A DNA stretch of 64,000 nt, from NCBI GenBank assembly GCA_049510745.1, contig JBEKYR010000027.1, positions 1 through 64,000 of the forward strand, in the 5' to 3' direction. The notes under the pieces were generated by a model. The model saw only the letters and a program-made list of their open reading frames with translations. It did not search any database and was not told where the DNA came from. Shown here one piece after another: positions 51,501 through 59,208 of this stretch. Every line of letters starts with the position of its first letter. Within the stretch, counting starts at the first letter, position 1. Position numbers and translations under genes: made by a program. This DNA comes from Verrucomicrobiota bacterium. Its GTDB lineage: Bacteria > Verrucomicrobiota > Verrucomicrobiia > Limisphaerales > Palsa-1400.

Positions 51501-51919
51501 TTGTAGTTATCGGTGCTGGCACTCCATGATCCGATCATATTAATGTCCAAGGTGGCATTGGTGGCTAGAATCAGATTGCCGGTGCCGCCATTTATGGCGC
51601 CTTTGAAATCGTCGGCGTTGATGGTTAATGTCCCGCTCTTGACGTACAGGGTGCCAACTGCGCCGTTTCCGATATACCAGTCCCCCAGGTGGCCCGCGCT
51701 GCCGCAGGTCAACGGATTGACAGCGCTGTTCACTCCCAAGCCGTCGTAAACTGCGGTTGTATTGAGGTTGCCGCCGTTTGTCCAGGTGAGTTGAGCCTGG
51801 GCGGACCCAGCCAAAAGGGCTGCCACCAGCGCGCCGCACGCCTGTAACGTGAGTTTGGCAAGAGAGCGAGCCAGATGGGGTGTTGGCCTTTGGCTGGGTT
51901 GTGCGAGTGTATCATTCAT
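48524..51919 (-). CDS. Large secreted protein: beta-helix-like N-terminus, Ig repeats, LamG, C-terminal EFFEA domain
   Basis: Signal ...SAQA; GTLNLNAGT-type repeats; FRWQW/YQW Ig motifs; LamG (DGKWHNYTGTF, YDVRIYNYDLS). Confidence 0.82.
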   Translation of the reverse strand: MNDTLAQPSQRPTPHLARSLAKLTLQACGALVAALLAGSAQAQLTWTNGGNLNTTAVYDGLGVNSAVNPLTCGSAGHLGDWYIGNGAVGTLYVKSGTLTINADDFKGAINGGTGNLILATNATLDINMIGSWSASTDNYNDSTGIWTISNNAVLNLFADGVYEQRFGCGSGPNDRGTVNVNGGTFNLTETKAITDGNAGVFFGANGNNSLGTLNLNAGTFNDEMPLPLSLGGYYSGMPNSPSAVSNGLGVINILNGSLVMTEVCPTINPSEATLTVQGGSYVNFIDGGTGSLSLTNWQWTDYAALASAGSLYVDGYPSAISNFKFTTNNGQGVLQVGTNLLIGAMASPSNFVYAGSAVTLSVSNIIGTATSFRWQWDNGSGGASFSNIPGATASNTVVDTTSLQGPYEYQLIADFGQSESVTSAIVELTVNPASAPILVTDISPAGTNEVYAGYSFSMSASFTGLLPITNQWQFSANDVTWTNVPGATSTTLKFATVLLEDSGFYRLVASNALGWANSSTNELVVETLTPSLVGEWLNGATNFADVSRYSPIGTHDGYILGGDYVFTNDPPPGFPGQALYFFNNDTGLAISNSSSTWDAKYTNTFDEGIGPAFTVSCWARGLPGQWSPWVSKYGEGEAGWQLREDGSVSPPAFACFTVRDNGAGAAGVVGGGDFGGGDLDDMVTRTIPSNDGKWHNYTGTFNAGTGIRNLWIDGVLAAQETGNTPYILAPAEHLCIAAKDSPSGNSFGNYSTFEIYDVRIYNYDLSSNDVQQLIAIPSNAPPYILQQPESASGTPGAYAFPGSTVVISANVVDGGAPLSYQWVFDGTNKLANGGAISGANTNTLTLSHPSLADVGTYQLIITNKYGTNETSYFVIYNPEDSISWSAPKPITTPDVTLAQPGSVVYAATFGGSETILTLNNGTNYDFTSDVDAFATLDGTGGGGINGDSSFNDGETNADDATWNQLLSSYLHANDYGGPFTITLTNLTPGIRYSVQLFALDDSSGNTIVEAIFNDPVDPTDASAEIEMGQNVYIVGTFVAPGTSENIIEQTPSTGTGYINALVVRLGPPQVSIVNNLNGTVTVTWDQTTVGAHLYSAPSLSSLKPGKWTDNGTSGSLTVPATGTEFFEAGIP

Positions 51920-52061
51920 AATAATGCGAGGTTTTCAATTATGTTTATCAACTACTGTTGAGCCGATGCTTTCGGTTTTACGACATCCCTGTGGTCCTGA
52001 CCGGATCATAACAAACGGCTGAACTGTTAGAAGTAATAGCAAAACGGAACTCACCGGTCAA

Positions 52062-52110
52062 TGTGACAAATGTCACAATTTAGGCAGATATGACAAATGT
52101 CACAATTTAG
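52062..52110. promoter_or_regulatory. Tandem operator-like palindromes TRTGACAAATGTCACA
   Basis: Copies at 52062-52077 and 52089-52104 within a 20-bp direct repeat of 27-bp period, upstream of the LamG gene. Confidence 0.75.
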
Positions 52111-52160
52111 TCAGCGCGAGAGTCGCGGTCGTTATGGTTGCCGGGAGAGGCATCGCCGCG

Positions 52161-52784
52161 CTATTTCGCGCGGAGGAATTTGGCGGCTGCCTCGGTTCTG
52201 CAGCGTACGTGCAGCTTTTTGAAGATGTTTGCCAAGTGATTGCGCACGGTGCCGGCGGCGATACTGGTCTTTTGCGCGACTTGCTTGTTGGACAGCCCTT
52301 GTGCCACCCATTCAAGTATCTCCGCCTCGCGGGCGGACAAACCCTCCGCGTTGGGCGCCGCCGAAGGCGCGCGAAAAGACCGCACCACCATGCGCGCGAT
52401 TTCCGGAGTCATCGGCGCCCCGCCGGCGCGGACATCGGCGATGGCGTGGATGATCTCTTCCGGCCGCGAGCGCTTGACAATGTAGCCGCAGGCGCCGGCT
52501 TTTAGCGCCTGAAAGATGAGGTCGGTGTCGGTATAAATGGTGACCATGATCACCTGAAGGCCGGGCATCCTTTCGGTCAATCGCGAGGTGCAGGCAATGC
52601 CGGATTCGTCCGGGAGGTGAATGTCCATCAGGGCGACATCGGGAGAGCGCTTCGGCACCTCAACGAGGGCTTCTTTGGAAGTGGAGCAGGCGCAGACGCA
52701 ATGGTAACCGGGTGTGCTGTCAATGAGATCGACAAGCATTTTGCGCATGGTGTCATTGTCTTCGATGATGGCGATGGTGGTCAT
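52161..52784 (-). CDS. NarL/LuxR-family response regulator
   Basis: IIEDN, LMDIHLP, HTH GTVRNHLANIFKKLHVRCRTEA. Confidence 0.94.
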   Translation of the reverse strand: MTTIAIIEDNDTMRKMLVDLIDSTPGYHCVCACSTSKEALVEVPKRSPDVALMDIHLPDESGIACTSRLTERMPGLQVIMVTIYTDTDLIFQALKAGACGYIVKRSRPEEIIHAIADVRAGGAPMTPEIARMVVRSFRAPSAAPNAEGLSAREAEILEWVAQGLSNKQVAQKTSIAAGTVRNHLANIFKKLHVRCRTEAAAKFLRAK

Positions 52785-55700
52785 GTGGGGGGGGTGATGA
52801 GGAGCCAATGCGGGAACAACTCCAATCGTGGGGCAGAGGAACAATCAATTTCACAATGGTTCCTTTTCCAACCTGCGGCTCGATTTGGCACTGGCCGTTT
52901 AGCGCTTGCAAGCGTTCCTGGAGGTTCGTCAGTCCATTGCCGCGACGAACCGTGTTCCAGTCAAAACCGCGACCATTATCGGCGACCACAATTTGAAGGC
53001 CATTGTCAAGCTGGGAGATTTGCAATTCGACCTCCGTTGCCAGCGCATGACGGAGGACATTGTTCAACGCTTCTTTGACCGCCAGAAAAAGGCTATGCCG
53101 CGCTGTTTCCGTGAGCGTGACCGGGTCGCACTCGATAGGAATCTTGAAACGGCAGACGATGTCCGTGGCGGCGAAAAGTTCCGTCACGTAGCGGCCGAGG
53201 TAATCGGCAAATGACTGCAGCGAATTGCGGTTTGGGTCAATTGCCCAAACAATCACATCCAGTCCCGAAACAAGGGCGCGGGCTTTGTCGGCAATGACGC
53301 GGAGGCGGTCCTTGATTTTCTCGAGTCCCTGGGATTCGCAAGGAACGGTGCTGGCCAGCAAAGTGACTTCTGTCAGGCCGGTTCCGAGTTCGTCATGCAA
53401 GTCGCGGGCGATGCGCGCGCGTTCCGCTTCGGCGGCGCGTTGCAGTTCAGCCCGCTGTCGATTGGAAATCTCAAGCTCCAACCGCCGGCTGCGTTCCTCG
53501 ACCTTCGATTGCAGTTCCTTGTTCCAAATCAAAACAGCCACGAGCAGCACCGCGAGGATGCCGGCGAGAATGAGAACCCGTTTCAACGTCCACCACGGAG
53601 GGGTTGCCAGCACGCGAATGTCCGCCACCGAGTTTAAGAGCAGTTCGAACCCATTGACTGTGGTATCGCCGAGTCGGCTTCCCAGTGGCGCATAGACGCC
53701 GGTCAGCTCTAATCGGCTCCCGGACTTCGGCCAGGAAACGGATTGGCCGCGGCCGGCGAGACGCGCCCTGAATGCCAAAAACCCGGACTGCAGCCCCAGC
53801 ACGTCGTCGGAACCGTCCTGCCAGTGGTCCATTAATGTGGCCCCCACTTGCACCAAGGTGTCGGAGTAGTTGGCTTGGAGCAGGTGTTCGGGTGCGACTT
53901 TCGTTGGCGCTGGCACACGCGCCCAGCCCGTCTTGCGTATCACCGCCTCTTTAAGCTCTGCCGCCGGGCCTCTTAGTTCGAGAAAACCGACAGCCTCCAC
54001 CAGGTCTCCCGCCGAAAAAAGCGCCGCACTCCTGGTTGTCACGCGCACGCCATTGGTTCCATCGATGACGAAATACTCTCCCGGCTGGCCGTGGATCACT
54101 TGACCCGTCACTTTCAGCCGCCGGAACGGCGCCGCTTTTGGATCGTAGAACAGGAGTTCGCCGATGTTTTTTTTCTGGGCCTGAAAAAGATCACGAGGCG
54201 GCGCCTGAAGGACATCCACAGCGCTGCCTCTGACGCTCAGCGACCTTGCATCCAGATTGTGCTGTTGATCGAAAGAGGATAAAATGCAGCCTCGAATCCG
54301 AACGAGAGCGTTCTCGTAGTTTGCAAGAGCATCCGATTGAAAGTCGGTTATCTCCAGCGTGATCTTGCCGCCGTCGGTGAGCATCTCGATTTGTTGGCCG
54401 TGAGCGGCGGTGACAACGCCTTCGATTTCGGCATATTGAGTGTCGAGGCTCCCGTTGACCAACTGGTCCCAAGTCGCATGCACCGGTTGAGGCATCTGGC
54501 CAGCCCCGAGGCGTGTAACGCGGCGCGCGGCAATGATCGGCGCGAACGCTCCCGATCCGGTGACACCATCAATTTGGAATAAGTCGCCACGCTGAAACGG
54601 TTCGGATTCTCCGCCCTCTCGCAGCGAGACGAAAATGCCTTTGGTGGAATCCTGCACAGCCGCGGCCCGGATGAAGGAGGGAAAAACCGCGGTGACAACG
54701 CCGCGGATGGATACCGGAAACCCCCGCCGCGCCGCTTCATCGGAAAGCGCCTTGATATCCGCTACGGTTGTAATTGGCGCAATTGCTGTCTCCCCGCGCG
54801 GCGTCCGGCCTGACGGCTGGTTCTTGGGCGCACCGTCAAATGCGGGAAATGGATTTCTTTCCGACGGTGGAACCGGGCGGACGGAGATCCAACTGGGCGC
54901 GAACAGGATTCCTGGAATGTGTGAACCGTTTTCCGTGACAACATCTTGATAGAATCCCGAAGCTCGAACCCAGGCGCCCGGCGGAAAATTCGGGGTGAAC
55001 TCACCGGTTTCAAAGACCTCCACGCGGATGTCATCGTTCCCAGCTCGCATTGACAATTCTCCGCCGGCGCCACGCACTCCAACAAAACTGAGTGTTCCCT
55101 CAAGAGTCAACCAAGGACGATTGTCGCCTTTGACGGCAGTGGGAGCCGCTTCGGCCGCGGCAAGCGCCGGCGGCCCGTTGCTCAACACGCTTACACTCAG
55201 GGACGACTCACCAACAAACAGCCGGCTACCGTCGTCGGACGCGAGGTGGAAGGTGTATACGCCGGCGCTTGGGACGGTGATAAAGCCAGTGAATTTCAGG
55301 CCGACATTTTCGTTCCGGGTCCGGACATTGAGATCAAAATTGCTGGTGATCCCGGTTTTTACCGGGGAATATTTTGTCAAATCCGGGAAGTGTGCCCAGG
55401 CGCCTTCGTAACAGCAATAGTCAAGTCCAGGGGCAAGATTGGCGCCTCCGGCAACAGGGTTAACGCTGACTGGCGAAAGAGCGGAACTCGGCACCGGCTG
55501 GCGTGGCAACCCCGGTCCTTCATATTCTACGCTCAAACCGAAGTCTCTGGTGCGATTAAACCACTGAACCGTGATCGGGTTGGCGCCCTCACGGAGGAAC
55601 ACCGTGCCGGATTTTTCCAACATTGAATGAATCCCATCATCATCTGCAACCAGTCCGGGAACCAGTTCCAGCCCGAAGCTCTTCGGCTTTACCCCGCATC

Positions 55701-56028
55701 CACTTCCCTCCAGACAGACCGTCGCTCCCGGTTCGATCTGCCGGTCTGGAACATCCAGCCGAAGGAACTCGGTGCCGGAACCGTCGCGCAGCAACAACAC
55801 CTTGCCCGCCAAATTGGCGTCGATCACGTTTGCCAGGATTCGGAAAGGATGGATTGTTGGTGGCTGTCGTTCAGCGCAACGTCGGAGTTGCGACAGGTTC
55901 GTCAGAAGCGCGGGCGGCCCCATTGTATCGTCTCCTCGCGCGAATGCCACCCCGCACGCCTCAAGCAACGCCAAGCCGGCAAACACGGAAAATCCGCGAC
56001 GGCCTCCGGGAGAAAACAAGCGCTGCAT
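52753..56028 (-). CDS. Sensor histidine kinase with OB-fold-like repeats and a permuted PA14 domain
   Basis: PA14 motifs; IRGVVT/IEGVVT repeats; PPWWT plus TM; IARDLHDELG, EALNNVLRH, DNGRG, GNGL. Confidence 0.9.
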   Translation of the reverse strand: MQRLFSPGGRRGFSVFAGLALLEACGVAFARGDDTMGPPALLTNLSQLRRCAERQPPTIHPFRILANVIDANLAGKVLLLRDGSGTEFLRLDVPDRQIEPGATVCLEGSGCGVKPKSFGLELVPGLVADDDGIHSMLEKSGTVFLREGANPITVQWFNRTRDFGLSVEYEGPGLPRQPVPSSALSPVSVNPVAGGANLAPGLDYCCYEGAWAHFPDLTKYSPVKTGITSNFDLNVRTRNENVGLKFTGFITVPSAGVYTFHLASDDGSRLFVGESSLSVSVLSNGPPALAAAEAAPTAVKGDNRPWLTLEGTLSFVGVRGAGGELSMRAGNDDIRVEVFETGEFTPNFPPGAWVRASGFYQDVVTENGSHIPGILFAPSWISVRPVPPSERNPFPAFDGAPKNQPSGRTPRGETAIAPITTVADIKALSDEAARRGFPVSIRGVVTAVFPSFIRAAAVQDSTKGIFVSLREGGESEPFQRGDLFQIDGVTGSGAFAPIIAARRVTRLGAGQMPQPVHATWDQLVNGSLDTQYAEIEGVVTAAHGQQIEMLTDGGKITLEITDFQSDALANYENALVRIRGCILSSFDQQHNLDARSLSVRGSAVDVLQAPPRDLFQAQKKNIGELLFYDPKAAPFRRLKVTGQVIHGQPGEYFVIDGTNGVRVTTRSAALFSAGDLVEAVGFLELRGPAAELKEAVIRKTGWARVPAPTKVAPEHLLQANYSDTLVQVGATLMDHWQDGSDDVLGLQSGFLAFRARLAGRGQSVSWPKSGSRLELTGVYAPLGSRLGDTTVNGFELLLNSVADIRVLATPPWWTLKRVLILAGILAVLLVAVLIWNKELQSKVEERSRRLELEISNRQRAELQRAAEAERARIARDLHDELGTGLTEVTLLASTVPCESQGLEKIKDRLRVIADKARALVSGLDVIVWAIDPNRNSLQSFADYLGRYVTELFAATDIVCRFKIPIECDPVTLTETARHSLFLAVKEALNNVLRHALATEVELQISQLDNGLQIVVADNGRGFDWNTVRRGNGLTNLQERLQALNGQCQIEPQVGKGTIVKLIVPLPHDWSCSRIGSSSPPPHDHHRHHRRQ

Positions 56029-56120
56029 ATCTTTTAGTTCATCGGAACTACGCCGAAAGTCAAGTCTGTTCGGCCATCCTAGTTAGACCGATATCTTGTC
56101 CGAAGCCGTCTCTCTCCGAA

Positions 56121-56152
56121 TGTGACAAATGTGAAGTATGACATTTGTCACA
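56121..56152. promoter_or_regulatory. Operator-like sites matching the 52062 motif
   Basis: TGTGACAAATGTGAAG (56121-56136) and TATGACATTTGTCACA (56137-56152) between the divergent kinase and GH2 genes. Confidence 0.7.
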
Positions 56153-56274
56153 ATCCTTTCGCGTTCGTCGCCAGCCTATTTTTCGTTAGACGCAGCGCTT
56201 GACATTTGTGCCAGCAGTTGTTATTTGACTTGCCGATGACGCAGCCGTTAGTCTCGCCAAAACATGTCGTCAAT

Positions 56275-59184
56275 ATGAAAATGAAGAGTATTCCGCTGTT
56301 CCACGCATTTTTTGCCGGCGTATGCGCCGCAATATTGGTTACGCAGTTTGCGGCGGCCGATTCGCCGCGCGAACACCTTTCGCTCGATGGGGGGTGGAAA
56401 TTCCATCTCGGCGACGAGTGGCCGGATGCGCTGCACCTGGAAAATTCCGGCACCGGTTCCGGACCGGCGTCGGAACGGTTCGCCGACTCCTACTGGCGCG
56501 TCGTCAAGTTGCCGCACGATTGGGCGGTTGAACTGCCGTTCGACTCGGCCGCCGATGGCAGCCACGGTTTCAAAGCGCTGGGCGGAAAGTATCCAACAAA
56601 CAGCATCGCCTGGTATCGCCGCACGTTTGAATTGCCAGAAAAAGACGAAGGCAAACGTATCTGGCTGGCATTCGACGGCGTGTTCCGCGACGCGACGGTG
56701 TGGGTCAACGGCTGGTGCGTGAGACATCACGAGGGCGGTTACTATCTGTTCCGCGAGGACATCACGGACGTGTTGCATTCCGGCGGCAAGAACACCGTCG
56801 CCGTGCGCGTGGACGCGACAAAAACCGAGGGATGGTTTTACGAAGGCGCGGGCATCTACCGTCACGTTTGGCTGGACAAGACCGCGCCGGTGGCCGTCGC
56901 GCCAGATGGAATTTTTGTCTGTTCGCAATTCAAGAATAACGTTCCGTCAGACAAGGCGGAGATCAAAGTCGAGGTCAACGTGCTGAACACCCTCACCAAC
57001 GGTGCCACCGCGGCTGTGAGCTGCGAAATCATTTCGCCCGAAGGCAAATCGCTGGAGAAATTTTCCGGGTCGGAAAAATTGCCGCGCAAATCGCAGGGCG
57101 CGGTGAAATTGGAGTCGAAACTTTCCTCGCCGGTTCTCTGGTCGCCGGAATCGCCAAAACTCTACAAACTCGTCACGACAATTTCTGTTGCGGACAAAAT
57201 GGTTGACCGACAGGAAACCGTCTTCGCCATCCGCACCGTGGGCTTTGACCCGACGAACGGCTTTTTGCTGAACGGCAAACACTACGAACTTTACGGCACC
57301 TGCAATCATCAGGACCACGCTGGTGTCGGCGCGGCCATCCCGGATGCGTTGCAGGAATTCCGCGTGAAGAGGTTGAAGGAGTTCGGCTGCAATGCCATCC
57401 GCACCTCCCACAACCCGCCCACGCCCGAGTTGCTGGACGCCTGCGACCGGCTCGGCATGTTGGTCATGGACGAGAGCCGGTTGATGGGCGCCGATTCGGG
57501 GAACATGAATAAGTGGGACGACCAAATCCGCCGCGACCGCAATCATCCGTGCGTGGCCGTCTGGTGCATTGCCAACGAGCAATTCGCCGTGCAGGACACG
57601 CCGCAAGCGGCCAACGTCGCGCACAAGATGCAGGATTACGTCAAGCAGCTCGACCCGTTGCGTCCTGTGACCTACGCCGCGCCGGAGGACGACGTGTTCC
57701 GCGGCATCAATTCCGTCATCGAAGTGCGCGGCTGGAATTATCACTACGGTCCGCAAATGGACAAATATCATGCCGAGCATCCGAATCAGCCAAACGTCGG
57801 CACTGAGCAGGCCAGCGTCGTTGGCACGCGCGGCATCTACACCAACGACCGGCCGCGCGGTTACGTCGCCGCTTACGACATTGTCTGGCCCGGTTGGACC
57901 ACGACCGCCGAAAGCTGGTGGAGTTTCTTCGCCGACCGTCCCTGGCTCTCCGGCGCTTTCGTCTGGACCGGTTTTGATTATCGCGGCGAGCCGACGCCGT
58001 ATTGGTGGCCGTGCATCAACTCACACTTCGGCATTCTCGACACGTGCGGCTTCCCGAAGGATGTTTTTTATTACTACAAATCGTGGTGGACGACGAACAG
58101 CGTGCTGCACCTGTTGCCGCATTGGAACTGGCCCGGCAGGGAAGGGGAGGAAATCCTGGTCCAGGCCTTCAGCAATTGCAAACAGGTGGAACTTTTCCTG
58201 AACGGCGCGTCGCTCGGCAAGCAGACGATGAAGCCGAATTCAAAATTGAGTTGGCAGGTGAAATACGCGCCAGGGACGTTGAGCGCGAAAGGTTTTGACG
58301 ACGCCGGCAAGGTCATTGCCGAAACGAAAGTGGAAACCACCGGCAACGCCACGCAAATTCAACTCACGCCCGACCGCAAAACCATCAACGCTGACGGCGA
58401 GGACGTGGCGGTGTTCACAGTTTCCGCGCTGGACGAGCAGGGCCGCAGGGTGCCGGTGGCGCAGAACAAAATCAATTTCGCCATCGAGGGCGCCGGCAAA
58501 ATCATCGGCGTGGGCAACGGCGATCCGAGTTGCCACGAGCCGGACCTGTTCGTTCCGAACGTGCCCGGGCGCAGTGTTGCCCTCAATGATTGGCGCTGGC
58601 AGCTTGCAAAAGTTCCGCACAACGGCAGCGCCGTGCCGGACTATGCGAATGATTTTGATGACTCTGCCTGGAACGCTCTCAATGCCAAAACCAGCAGCGG
58701 TGAATTGACGATTAAAACGGAAAACACCACGGCGATTTACCGCGCGCATTTCACGTTGACGGACGAAGACTTGAAAGGCTCCGGCGCGCAAATCTGCTTC
58801 GGCGGTTGCGATGACGAAGGCTGGTACTTCTTGAACGGCCAGTTCATCGGCGAATCACACGACTGGCAGGCGCAGCCGATTTTCGACATCAAAAAATTTG
58901 TCCACGCCGGCGACAACGTCATCGCCGTTGGTGTCAATAATGTTGCCGGACAGGGTGGTTTGAACCCCAATGTGACCGTGAAAATCATTGGGCACACAAG
59001 CATCCCGCCGTGGTCGCGCAGCCTGTTCAACGGCCTGGCGCAAATCATCGTGCAATCCACACGCGGCGCCGGCGCATTCAAGCTGACCGCCATTTCCGAG
59101 GGTCTCAAGCCGGTGACGGCTGTCATGCAAACGCAACCATGCGCGCCGCGCCCTTCCATGCCGTGGGTCGCTGAATCGAATTGA
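56275..59184 (+). CDS. GH2 beta-galactosidase-like enzyme
   Basis: Signal peptide; LPHDW, EGWFYEGAGIYRHV, NAIRTSHNPP, RDRNHPCV..W.IANE, WTGFDYRGEPTP, GVGNGDP. Confidence 0.93.
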   Translation: MKMKSIPLFHAFFAGVCAAILVTQFAAADSPREHLSLDGGWKFHLGDEWPDALHLENSGTGSGPASERFADSYWRVVKLPHDWAVELPFDSAADGSHGFKALGGKYPTNSIAWYRRTFELPEKDEGKRIWLAFDGVFRDATVWVNGWCVRHHEGGYYLFREDITDVLHSGGKNTVAVRVDATKTEGWFYEGAGIYRHVWLDKTAPVAVAPDGIFVCSQFKNNVPSDKAEIKVEVNVLNTLTNGATAAVSCEIISPEGKSLEKFSGSEKLPRKSQGAVKLESKLSSPVLWSPESPKLYKLVTTISVADKMVDRQETVFAIRTVGFDPTNGFLLNGKHYELYGTCNHQDHAGVGAAIPDALQEFRVKRLKEFGCNAIRTSHNPPTPELLDACDRLGMLVMDESRLMGADSGNMNKWDDQIRRDRNHPCVAVWCIANEQFAVQDTPQAANVAHKMQDYVKQLDPLRPVTYAAPEDDVFRGINSVIEVRGWNYHYGPQMDKYHAEHPNQPNVGTEQASVVGTRGIYTNDRPRGYVAAYDIVWPGWTTTAESWWSFFADRPWLSGAFVWTGFDYRGEPTPYWWPCINSHFGILDTCGFPKDVFYYYKSWWTTNSVLHLLPHWNWPGREGEEILVQAFSNCKQVELFLNGASLGKQTMKPNSKLSWQVKYAPGTLSAKGFDDAGKVIAETKVETTGNATQIQLTPDRKTINADGEDVAVFTVSALDEQGRRVPVAQNKINFAIEGAGKIIGVGNGDPSCHEPDLFVPNVPGRSVALNDWRWQLAKVPHNGSAVPDYANDFDDSAWNALNAKTSSGELTIKTENTTAIYRAHFTLTDEDLKGSGAQICFGGCDDEGWYFLNGQFIGESHDWQAQPIFDIKKFVHAGDNVIAVGVNNVAGQGGLNPNVTVKIIGHTSIPPWSRSLFNGLAQIIVQSTRGAGAFKLTAISEGLKPVTAVMQTQPCAPRPSMPWVAESN

Positions 59185-59208
59185 AAACTGTGATGCTGAA
59201 TCGAAACA

